From Methanobacteriota archaeon (GTDB taxonomy: Archaea > Thermoplasmatota > Thermoplasmata > SG8-5 > JAGLSY01), in contig JAEHCQ010000004.1 of NCBI GenBank assembly GCA_020696385.1, positions 64,001-128,000 of the forward strand: a DNA stretch of 64,000 nt, in the 5' to 3' direction. Position 1 is the first letter of the stretch, and every line of letters starts with the position of its first letter. A program made the translations under genes and the position numbers. The notes under the pieces were generated by a model. It saw only the letters and a list, made by a program, of their open reading frames with translations. It was not told where the DNA came from and did not search any database. Shown piece after piece: positions 19,591-28,464 of this stretch.

Positions 19591-20619
19591 ATGGCACTGT
19601 TAGAAATAGACAATGTAAGTGTGCATTACGGCATTCAAAGAGGAACAGTTAAGGCTGTCGAGAAAGTCACATTGAAGCTGGACAGGGGTGAGACCTTAGG
19701 TCTCGTCGGTGAGTCCGGATGTGGCAAGACAACAGCAGCCTATGCGATCACCAGGCTTCTTCCCGATAATGGAGATATCGTCGAAGGTACGATCACCTTC
19801 GACGGTACGGTCATTGCCGGAAGCGAAGAGGAAATGGCTCTTTCTCCCAAAAAGAGAAAGAAATACGTGGAGAATCTCATGGTGGATTTCCGATGGGATG
19901 AAGTTGCTATGATCTTCCAGAGTGCGATGAATGCTTTCAACCCCGTGTTCAGGGTCGGAGACCAGATCGCTGAGGCCATAAGGGCCCATGACGATATCAC
20001 GAAGGAAGAAGCAAGGAAAAGGGTACTTGAGCTTTTCAAGCTTGTTGGTCTTGATTCTGAGAGAGTAGATGGATATCCACATGAATACAGCGGTGGAATG
20101 AGACAGAGGGGTATGATCGCTATGGCTCTTGCCTGCAACCCGAAACTCATTATTGCCGATGAGCCCACAACTGCTCTGGATGTGATCATGCAGGATCGTG
20201 TCTTGGCCGAGATCAGGGACCTTCAGAGGAAACTGGGCATGGCCATGATCATCATCACTCACGACATATCTGTGGTTGCGGAAGTGGCCGAGAAGATAGG
20301 TATCATGTATGCTGGAAGAATATTCGAATACGGAGACATAGATGCGGTATTTGAGAGGCCAGCAAACCCATACGCTATGGGTCTACTCGCTTCTTTCCCA
20401 AGTATCATTGGTGAGAAGAAACCACTCTATTCGATCCCAGGTTCACCGCCAGATCTTTCAAACCCACCATCTGGATGTAAATTCCATCCAAGGTGTAAAT
20501 ATGCGAAAGAGATATGCAAGGATCAGGAACCTGATATGGTCGAGGTCGAACCCAACCACTTCTCTCTTTGTCACTTCGCTCTTGAGCTGTTCAATGGCCA
20601 ATTGAAGGAGGTGAGATGA
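19591..20619 (+). CDS. oppD: Peptide ABC ATPase
   Basis: GESGCGKT, YPHEYSGGMRQR, ADEPTTALD, C-terminal Cys cluster. Confidence 0.93.
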   Translation: MALLEIDNVSVHYGIQRGTVKAVEKVTLKLDRGETLGLVGESGCGKTTAAYAITRLLPDNGDIVEGTITFDGTVIAGSEEEMALSPKKRKKYVENLMVDFRWDEVAMIFQSAMNAFNPVFRVGDQIAEAIRAHDDITKEEARKRVLELFKLVGLDSERVDGYPHEYSGGMRQRGMIAMALACNPKLIIADEPTTALDVIMQDRVLAEIRDLQRKLGMAMIIITHDISVVAEVAEKIGIMYAGRIFEYGDIDAVFERPANPYAMGLLASFPSIIGEKKPLYSIPGSPPDLSNPPSGCKFHPRCKYAKEICKDQEPDMVEVEPNHFSLCHFALELFNGQLKEVR

Positions 20620-21716
20620 TGGCAGATTCAGATGTAATATTTGATGTTGTAAACCTACGAAAATACTTCGAGATGTCTGGAGGTTTCCTATCATCATTGA
20701 TGAGCAAGGAATCCATGTTCGTTCACGCGGTCGATGATATCTCCTTCCAGATCAAGAAGGGAAAAATCCTTGGATTGGTCGGAGAGAGCGGCTGTGGTAA
20801 GACAACTGCTGGTAGGCTTCTCGTTAGGTTGGAAGACCCAACCTCCGGACACATGTTCTTCCAGGGAGAGGATATTGCTGATAAGAAAGGTAATGAACTG
20901 AAAGATTTCAGGCGAAAGGTTCAGATGATCTTCCAGGATCCATACGAATCTCTAAACCCAAGGTTCACAGTATTCGGCACAGTGGTGGAACCATTGCTCG
21001 TACACGGTGTTGGAGAATCCTATGAGGAAAGAGAGGACATGGTCGCAAAGGCACTTGAGTATGCGGAATTGAAACCATCCTCCGAATACATGGGAAGATA
21101 CCCACACGAGTTGAGTGGTGGACAGAGACAAAGGGTGGCTATCGCGAGAACACTGGCACTGAGGCCGGAGTTCATAGTGGCTGATGAGCCTGTATCCATG
21201 TTGGATGTGTCCATCAGGGCGGGAATCATGAATCTCATGCTGGGCTTGAAGGAAAGATATAATATTCCTTTCATGTTCGTAACACACGATCTTTCCGTGT
21301 CAAGGTACATGAGCGATCATATCGCTGTTATGTATCTGGGAAATATTGTGGAATACGCACCAGCGGAGACCATCATACACAATTCCTTCCATCCGTACAC
21401 CAGAGCTCTTCTTTCTGCGGTTCCGATACCAGATCCTGGTATGGAACGTGGTAGGACCGAGATCAAGGGAGACCTTCCATCGGCTTTGAATATCCCATCC
21501 GGATGTTCCTTCCACCCAAGATGTCTTTATGCAAAGGACGTGTGTAAGGAGAAGAAACCTGCTGTCAAAGAGATCGAGACCGGTCACTTTATCCAGTGCC
21601 ACTTTGCAGGTGACATATCCTTCAGAACAGATGAGCCCAAGATCCCAACCTTTGAGGATCAGGTGAAGGCAGCTGAAAAAGAGCCGTCTGAACCAGTAGC
21701 TCGTCAGGTAGCCTGA
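20616..21716 (+). CDS. oppF: Peptide ABC ATPase
   Basis: GESGCGKT, FQDPYESLNPR, LSGGQRQR, DEPVSMLD. Confidence 0.93.
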   Translation: MMADSDVIFDVVNLRKYFEMSGGFLSSLMSKESMFVHAVDDISFQIKKGKILGLVGESGCGKTTAGRLLVRLEDPTSGHMFFQGEDIADKKGNELKDFRRKVQMIFQDPYESLNPRFTVFGTVVEPLLVHGVGESYEEREDMVAKALEYAELKPSSEYMGRYPHELSGGQRQRVAIARTLALRPEFIVADEPVSMLDVSIRAGIMNLMLGLKERYNIPFMFVTHDLSVSRYMSDHIAVMYLGNIVEYAPAETIIHNSFHPYTRALLSAVPIPDPGMERGRTEIKGDLPSALNIPSGCSFHPRCLYAKDVCKEKKPAVKEIETGHFIQCHFAGDISFRTDEPKIPTFEDQVKAAEKEPSEPVARQVA

Positions 21717-21732
21717 TAGGGAAGACATAATA

Positions 21733-21760
21733 TCAGCTTCGGTCAATTGGCCGAAGCTGA
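21733..21760 (+). terminator. Hairpin after the opp operon followed by AT-rich TTATTTAA repeats
   Basis: TCAGCTTCGGTCAATTGGCCGAAGCTGA. Confidence 0.55.
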
Positions 21761-21835
21761 CCACATTATTTTAATATTTAATTATTTAATTATTTAATTA
21801 TCTATGTATTGTTACTACGTAAGTCACATTGCAAT

Positions 21836-21899
21836 TACAAAGGTTCGTACCACAAAGAATTTATATTATACAAAAAATTGTACAACTTTGCTTTTATAT
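21836..21899 (+). promoter_or_regulatory. Tandem ACAA-N6-GTAC boxes plus TATA boxes
   Basis: About 63-nt block similar to 12251-12314. Confidence 0.65.
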
Positions 21900-21917
21900 T
21901 AGTCTAACATTGTCCAT

Positions 21918-22496
21918 ATGATGAGTAAGCCTGGCAAGATGAAGAGAAGTGATATTATCGAGATAATCGGTATCTGTTTAATAATAACAGCTCTCATTTC
22001 TACTTATGGAATATATTACACATCCAATGAATATGCAAAAGTGACAGAGACCCAAATGAACATCAATGCCGTGGTGCCTTATTATCCACAATCTGTATCT
22101 ATGTTTATGGCAGATAATACATCTACCATAAATGTGAATATCGCGGTGCTCAATAATGTAAGCAGAATAGATGTCGAGATCTATCTTATAGAATACACGA
22201 TATATGCCTCTGATGAGCCTATACATCTTCCAGATTACAATGATTATATCGGAATAGTTGCATTTTCAGGTAGCGGGAATGAAATAGTACCGGCTGGGGA
22301 GAATCAGATATATAATGTCCCGATAGTGATAGATTCTGACAATGAGTATTATCCAAAATTACAGGACATCACCCTCGATGGCTCTGCTTATCTTCTTATT
22401 CAAGGCAGGGTTCATTACAAGCTCACTGGAGCTAGTGGGCTTCAGGATTCTATAATTTTCTATTATATTAACGAGGTGGGTGTAAATGCAAGGTGA
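21918..22496 (+). CDS. Hypothetical single-TM protein with beta-rich extracellular domain
   Basis: N-terminal TM followed by a beta-strand pattern. Confidence 0.6.
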   Translation: MMSKPGKMKRSDIIEIIGICLIITALISTYGIYYTSNEYAKVTETQMNINAVVPYYPQSVSMFMADNTSTINVNIAVLNNVSRIDVEIYLIEYTIYASDEPIHLPDYNDYIGIVAFSGSGNEIVPAGENQIYNVPIVIDSDNEYYPKLQDITLDGSAYLLIQGRVHYKLTGASGLQDSIIFYYINEVGVNAR

Positions 22497-23100
22497 TGGG
22501 GGCATGAGCAATATGAGGAAGTTGAAGCTTCTAGCATGGTCCATATCGGCAGGTACTGTGGTGGCTTTCTTCTTCAGTAGTAACTTTTTGAAATTTGCAA
22601 CCGGGTTTTCTCCAGGGGGAGAGATCCTTGTCATGAGTCCCCTTTTCTGTGGTTTCATTCTAGGTATCCTTACAACGATGGATGAATTACAGCATTCGGT
22701 ATTTGCCTCCATATTGATGACGATATCTGCAGTGGCAATAATCATATTGTCCCTATTCTCGCCTATATTGTTTGGTGTATCTGGAGACTTCGTAGGCCTT
22801 TATTATGTGTTCGTCATCCAGAACATGCTGATAGCCATTGTTCTGATATTCCCAGTTTCTCTTGTATCGACCATTATAGGAAAGGTCGTAGGCGAATACG
22901 CACTCCTTTCACATATTTACAAAAGTGAAAGAGCGACTCTGAGAAGTGAGACCATCAAATGGTATAACATGCTGGAAGAGGCTGCTGACGATGAGACTGA
23001 GTTGAAGCCCATTGGGTGGAAGCCCGAGGATGCTGGACCTGAGCAACCTGAAATGACACCCGTTGTCTCTTTAGAGCCTGAAGAAGTAACTGATGAATAG
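22486..23100 (+). CDS. Hypothetical multi-pass membrane protein with acidic tail
   Basis: About four hydrophobic segments; start may be 22504. Confidence 0.6.
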   Translation: MQGDGGMSNMRKLKLLAWSISAGTVVAFFFSSNFLKFATGFSPGGEILVMSPLFCGFILGILTTMDELQHSVFASILMTISAVAIIILSLFSPILFGVSGDFVGLYYVFVIQNMLIAIVLIFPVSLVSTIIGKVVGEYALLSHIYKSERATLRSETIKWYNMLEEAADDETELKPIGWKPEDAGPEQPEMTPVVSLEPEEVTDE

Positions 23101-23220
23101 TTACATGGATAATTGGTCTGGGTGTTTTAACAAGTAAATGGATGCAACTGATGTTTTAAGAGAATATCATAATGCTTTACCCTGGAAAATAATTTATCAC
23201 ATGATATCAATTCCCATTCT

Positions 23221-23892
23221 ATGTTCGATTCCCCACAGGAAAAGATAAGAAAATGGCTTGAAAAAACCATAAAGGATAGCCAGCAAGCTGTAGATCATGG
23301 ATGGATTATAGAGGAAGAAGGTAGCACCATGGTCATAGACACTGAGCAGATGCCCTTCAAAATAATCATTCAGGTAGATGATGATCTTACCTACATTGCT
23401 GTCAAAACCGCCATATATACAAAGGACAAGCCAGTGGAGATCGCTGAATCAGTTTTCCGCTCTCTTCTCAAGAAGAACAAGGCCATGGGTCTTTCCAAGT
23501 TCTTTCTCATGGATGAGGATGATACCCTTTGCCTAAGGACCGATCTATACACCCAGCATATGGATAAGAAAGAGTTCAATCTGGCACTGGAATCTACCAT
23601 ACTTGGTGGCAGATGGCTGATAGCCGAGCTGGGTGAAACAGAGGAGGACAATCGTTTTGCCAAGGAGATGGCCACCCTTGGATCTGCTGAGCTGCTCATA
23701 GGCACACCCATGGAAGAAGTGGAGGCCAAGATGGTGGAGGCTGGGTATCCGGAGGATCAGGCTGTAATACTTGTTAAGAGCCTGGCATATCAACTGGGTT
23801 TGATAGAAAAAGAAGAAAATGAGAGTGAAGACGTTCAGATCCAGACTCCTGAAGAGGAAGACACCAGCGCGGTAGATCGATATATTTGGTGA
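23221..23892 (+). CDS. Hypothetical acidic protein, YbjN/CesT chaperone-like N-terminal domain
   Basis: LLKKNKAMGLSKFFLMDEDDTLCLRTDL resembles the YbjN/T3SS-chaperone pattern. Confidence 0.5.
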   Translation: MFDSPQEKIRKWLEKTIKDSQQAVDHGWIIEEEGSTMVIDTEQMPFKIIIQVDDDLTYIAVKTAIYTKDKPVEIAESVFRSLLKKNKAMGLSKFFLMDEDDTLCLRTDLYTQHMDKKEFNLALESTILGGRWLIAELGETEEDNRFAKEMATLGSAELLIGTPMEEVEAKMVEAGYPEDQAVILVKSLAYQLGLIEKEENESEDVQIQTPEEEDTSAVDRYIW

Positions 23893-23964
23893 TCATATCA
23901 ATAACTCAGATGCGTAATCATGCGCAAGTTTTATTATTCTTGTATCATATTGACAAATGTTAAT

Positions 23965-25092
23965 ATGCTTGATATCGACACCGAACTGGGTAAAGCGAAG
24001 CAGGCACTAGATGCCAGGAATTTTGATGAGGCCAAGGACATCTGCAAGACCATTCTCCATGATGTGACCGGAACTCTTGAGTCCGACCTGCGCGATAAGA
24101 TGAGCATATACGATGTTCTAGCAGAGATCACAAGGATTGAAGGACGTCTAGTGGACAATATAATGTACTCGGACCATGTGATAGACGGTGCCCGGAAATT
24201 GAATGACCGAGAGACACTGGCCAGGATGCTGAATACCAGTGGTTTCACCCTCAATAGAATGGGGAACCGTGATGGTGCTATGGAGAGGTTCAAGGAGGCT
24301 GAAAAACTGGTTCATAACTTCAAGAACCAGGTGCAATACGGTCGTGCATTGGCTGGCCAGGCAAATATTCTATGGCGAAGTGGGAAGAATAGAGATGCGA
24401 TCCAGCTGGCCGAGAAAGTTTTGGAGATCGGTCTGGCGAATGATGAGAACATGCTTACAGCTGGAGCTGCTGGTATACTATGTTCATGCTGGTATGAGCT
24501 GGCCGAGTTCGACAAGGCACTTCAGGCTGCCAAGTTATCTGTGTCCACTTACAGGAATATGGTCAATCCAGCTGATCTAGCCCGGGCATTGAACAATCAG
24601 GGTGAGATATACAAGAGGATGAAGCAATTCGACAATGCCATAACTTCGTACCAGGAGGGCATATCCATTCTGGGCTCTGGCAAGGAAAGACAATTGGGCT
24701 ATCTTTTGACCAATTTGGCCGAATCCCAGGTCCGTAAGGAGGATATCTCCACGGCAGAGGCCAGCCTTGGTGAGGCCAAGGCCATTCTGGAGGGTAGTGA
24801 GGATAAATTCGCAGTGGCCTGCATGTGGTTCGTCACTGGGTTGATAGAAGTGGCCAATGATCGCCCTGAAAAGGGAATAGAATGGATCCGCAGGGCCGAA
24901 AGGCGTATGGAAAGTTTGGGTATGGTCTATGACCTCGGGGTCATCCAGTATGAGATGGCAAGCATATACATGAAGATCGGCAGGGTGGACCTAGCGGTCA
25001 TGAATATTCACAAAGCCATCGATGTGCTGGCCAAGGCCGGGTCCAAGGATCTGGTAGATAATGTGAAGGATATCATCCGCGGTGGCAAGTGA
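23965..25092 (+). CDS. Tetratricopeptide repeat protein
   Basis: ARALNNQGEIYKRMKQFDNAITSYQEG and similar repeats; start uncertain (23920 or 23965). Confidence 0.8.
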   Translation: MLDIDTELGKAKQALDARNFDEAKDICKTILHDVTGTLESDLRDKMSIYDVLAEITRIEGRLVDNIMYSDHVIDGARKLNDRETLARMLNTSGFTLNRMGNRDGAMERFKEAEKLVHNFKNQVQYGRALAGQANILWRSGKNRDAIQLAEKVLEIGLANDENMLTAGAAGILCSCWYELAEFDKALQAAKLSVSTYRNMVNPADLARALNNQGEIYKRMKQFDNAITSYQEGISILGSGKERQLGYLLTNLAESQVRKEDISTAEASLGEAKAILEGSEDKFAVACMWFVTGLIEVANDRPEKGIEWIRRAERRMESLGMVYDLGVIQYEMASIYMKIGRVDLAVMNIHKAIDVLAKAGSKDLVDNVKDIIRGGK

Positions 25093-25133
25093 GCGAGGCA
25101 AAACATATTATCTTCTTCATCGATATTAGGCCA

Positions 25134-26174
25134 ATGAAGATTCTTTTCATATGGAACGTGCGCGCGGAGCTGAGATCATATCTGGAAGATGCCCTTCCAG
25201 AGATGCAGATGATATACCCTTGTCCAGTTGGCTCGGATGATAATTTCGACACAGTGACAGAGGATATGTACCTGCCCTATGCCAGTGAGGTAGATGTGAT
25301 AGTTGGCTGGAGACCATCAAAGGAGCTTCTTCTTGCAGCCAGTAATATTAAATTGTTCATCAATCCCGGGGCCGGTGTGCAACATATAACCGACCTCTTC
25401 CTGGAACTGAGAGAAGAGGGACGAACCATACCATTGGCGAATGGGCATGGCAATGCTTATTTCACGGCCACTGGCGCGGTCGGTATTTTGCTCTCTCTAA
25501 TGAACAAGACCATCGTTCACCACAACTGGATGGTGGATGGGAACTGGCGATTCCTGGATGACAAGGCCAAGACCATCCCACTGAGGGATAGAAAAGTGGG
25601 ATTCCTTGGATACGGGCATGTGAGCCAACATGTACATTCATTTCTATCAAATTTCCGACTGGAATTCCACGCTCTTAGGAAGGACTGGACAAAGCAAAAG
25701 GATGAGGGTCCGACACCCATTATCCGGTATGGTCCGAATGGGCTGGACGAGTTTCTTAGGACGGTCGATATTCTGTTCATCAGTTTGCCGAGTACGAAGG
25801 ATACCATCGGTCTAATAGCAAAGGCCGAGCTGGACTTGCTTGGACCAGATGGAATATTGGTGCAGACTGGCCGTGGTGATATTGTGGATGAGAAGGCCCT
25901 TTTCACAGCCCTTAAGGACAAAAGAATAACAGGGGCAGCCATTGACGTGTGGTATGATTATAGGCCAAAGGAGGGCGAACAAGGCCGTAAATATCCTTAC
26001 AACCAGCTCGAACATCCTTTTCATGAGCTGGACAATGTCGTGATGTCGCCGCATAGATGTGCGTCGCCTTTTGATGATCTGGAGAGATGGGATGAGGTCA
26101 TTGAGAATATTAAGAGGGTGAGAGACGGAAGTGCTGACTACCTCAATATAGTGGATATTGAGGCCGGATACTAG
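25134..26174 (+). CDS. D-isomer-specific 2-hydroxyacid dehydrogenase
   Basis: GFLGYGHVS, LPSTKDTIGLI, TGRGDIVDE, AAIDVW, VMSPH. Confidence 0.9.
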   Translation: MKILFIWNVRAELRSYLEDALPEMQMIYPCPVGSDDNFDTVTEDMYLPYASEVDVIVGWRPSKELLLAASNIKLFINPGAGVQHITDLFLELREEGRTIPLANGHGNAYFTATGAVGILLSLMNKTIVHHNWMVDGNWRFLDDKAKTIPLRDRKVGFLGYGHVSQHVHSFLSNFRLEFHALRKDWTKQKDEGPTPIIRYGPNGLDEFLRTVDILFISLPSTKDTIGLIAKAELDLLGPDGILVQTGRGDIVDEKALFTALKDKRITGAAIDVWYDYRPKEGEQGRKYPYNQLEHPFHELDNVVMSPHRCASPFDDLERWDEVIENIKRVRDGSADYLNIVDIEAGY

Positions 26175-26203
26175 ATCATTGATCCATCATTATCCCTTTA
26201 ATC

Positions 26204-27796
26204 TCATTCAAGTTTGAATTCCTCAACCGCCATCTCCCTGAGCTTGAACTTCTGTATCTTGCCGGACTCTGTCATTGGATATTCATTGACGAACCAGATG
26301 AATTTTGGAACCTTGAAATTGGCTATATTTTCCTTGCAATGGCTGATCAAATCTTCCTTAGTCACATTGTGGTCATTCTTTAATTTGATGACCGCCATTC
26401 CGGCCTCGCCCAGTCTCTTATCCGGAACACCTATAACGGAAGCCGTGTCCACATAAGGCAGGGTGAAGAGGAATTCCTCGATCTCCCTGGGATAGACATT
26501 GAAGCCGCCTGATATGTACATCTCCTTCTTTCTTCCCACGATCCTGATGTATCCTCTATCATCCATTGTGGCCAGATCTCCAGAATGAAGCCAACTGCCA
26601 TCGTCAATTGCTTCTTTTGTTTGGCCTGGCATCTTGAAATAGCCTTTCATTATATTGTAGCCCCGGGAGACAAGCTCGCCGGTCTCGTTGAGGGGAAGTT
26701 CCTTTCCCTCGACGTCGATGATTTTTATTTCCTGTTCTGGCAAGGCTCTCCCAACGGTCTCCACCCTGTCCTCAAGGGAGTCATTCAGCCTGGTCATGGT
26801 TATGACGGGCGATGCTTCCGTGAGTCCGTAGGCTATTGAGATATTGGCCCCCATCTTGTCAATGGCCCCCTTCATCACCTCTATGGGGCAGGGAGCTCCG
26901 GCCATCACACCAGTCCTTACAGCATCCAGGTCGTAATCCTTATTTTTGAGCACATCCAGGTAGTTGATGAACATGGTCGGAACACCGTGAACCACCGATA
27001 TTCTGTATCTCTCCATGGCTTCCAGTGAACTCTTGGCATCGAATACAGGCATGGGAACCACACCAGAACCAGCATGGACTGAAGCCGAGAGAGCGATCAC
27101 ACAGCCAAAGCAGTGGAAGAAAGGCACTACAATGAGGGTATTGTCATGCTCATTTTGCTCAAGAACCTCGGCGACCTGGGCAGCATTTTTCGCGATGTTC
27201 AGATTGGTCAGCATAGCTCCCTTTGGCTCTCCGGTCGTTCCAGAGGTGTATAGGATGAAGACCGTGTCATCTTCTTTTGCTTTCTTAATGATATCTTCCA
27301 GAGCCAGGTCATGAGCATGATCCGAGCCAGCCTCCAGAATTTCATCGAAAGCAGTCATTCCAGATAACACCCTGTCACCAAGTACGATAACCTTCTTCAG
27401 CTCGGGTATCTTGCCTCGGAGGGAATCAAGTATTGTAATATAATCAGAGCTCATAAAATCCGAGGTCATGACAAGAGCTGTTGCCTGGGAGTTGTTCATT
27501 ATGTAATCAACTTCCTTGGCCTTATATCTGGTGTTCATGGGGACCACGACACCACCCATCCTGGCAATTCCAAAAAAGGCGATTATCCATTCGGGATAAT
27601 TCGGCATATATAGACCAACACGATCTCCCTTTTTAATATCGTTCTTCAAAAGACCGCTGGCGAATCTGGATGCTTTACTGTCCAGTTCGCTAAATGTCAT
27701 CTCTATTCCTTTAAAATAGATGGCAGTCTTATCAGGGAATCGCTCTGCCGCCCTCTTTAGCAAGTTTGATAATATATAATCCGTCATCTGTTTCAC
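26204..27796 (-). CDS. Acyl-CoA synthetase (AMP-binding)
   Basis: YTSGTTGEPKG, YGLTEASP, SGDL, SGKIQK. Confidence 0.93.
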   Translation of the reverse strand: MKQMTDYILSNLLKRAAERFPDKTAIYFKGIEMTFSELDSKASRFASGLLKNDIKKGDRVGLYMPNYPEWIIAFFGIARMGGVVVPMNTRYKAKEVDYIMNNSQATALVMTSDFMSSDYITILDSLRGKIPELKKVIVLGDRVLSGMTAFDEILEAGSDHAHDLALEDIIKKAKEDDTVFILYTSGTTGEPKGAMLTNLNIAKNAAQVAEVLEQNEHDNTLIVVPFFHCFGCVIALSASVHAGSGVVPMPVFDAKSSLEAMERYRISVVHGVPTMFINYLDVLKNKDYDLDAVRTGVMAGAPCPIEVMKGAIDKMGANISIAYGLTEASPVITMTRLNDSLEDRVETVGRALPEQEIKIIDVEGKELPLNETGELVSRGYNIMKGYFKMPGQTKEAIDDGSWLHSGDLATMDDRGYIRIVGRKKEMYISGGFNVYPREIEEFLFTLPYVDTASVIGVPDKRLGEAGMAVIKLKNDHNVTKEDLISHCKENIANFKVPKFIWFVNEYPMTESGKIQKFKLREMAVEEFKLE

Positions 27797-27949
27797 CTAT
27801 GGATATTGTATCTGGGTAATTTCTTGTCAGCGGTCAAATCATACCTGATATAAGATTTTTATCCTTGTATGGAAAGTGTTGGCTGATCATCTCTAGTAAT
27901 TGAAATGGCAATTAGGTTTCCTTCTCCGATATATTGGGATAAAATAAGG

Positions 27950-28061
27950 TGGGCCCAACGAGATTTGAACTCGAGACATCCCGGTATCAGAGAGAACAAC
28001 CCCTTATTTGAGGTTTGTTCCATATCAGCCGGGCGCTATAACCAGGCTAAGCCATGGGCCC
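27950..28061 (-). tRNA. tRNA-Ile(GAT) with 37-nt intron at 37/38 (intron 27986-28022)
   Basis: GGGCCCA/TGGGCCC acceptor stem, CCCGG-CTGATA...A-CCGGG anticodon arm, GTTCAAATC T-loop; relaxed BHB. Confidence 0.9.
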
Positions 28062-28464
28062 ATTGCGTTTGGTAAGTGACTCCATCCCCTGGTTGGGTCA
28101 AATAGAACTAGAGCCCTTACATGTCCCTGAAATAAGTTATTTGATTTAAACCTATCTCGCCCCTCTGCTCATTTTCATGTATTGAAGAATTATATTGTCT
28201 GACAGAAGGTGCCAGTAATTATTTAATCAATAGATTATTAGTTTCATTATATTGATAATCAAATATAATCCATATACTTGATATTTAGTGCATTTATCCT
28301 AAAAAGGAAACATTTATATATACAGCAATAGATATAGTTGCTTGTCTGACAAAGGTCGGACTCTACATGGGATGGGATGTAGAAAGCACTTTCAGGACTA
28401 ATATGAAATAAATCGAGGCCAAGTGAAAGTTGACCTTTTTTGCCTGTTCCAGTAATTTGGATAG

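Noticed and set aside
21766-21800. TTATTTAA tandem repeat
   Set aside because: Low-complexity AT tract after a terminator hairpin.
23088-23159. Possible further gene-end duplication (AACTGATG repeated at 58 nt)
   Set aside because: Only 8 nt match and no ATGA/TCAT hairpin; could be chance.
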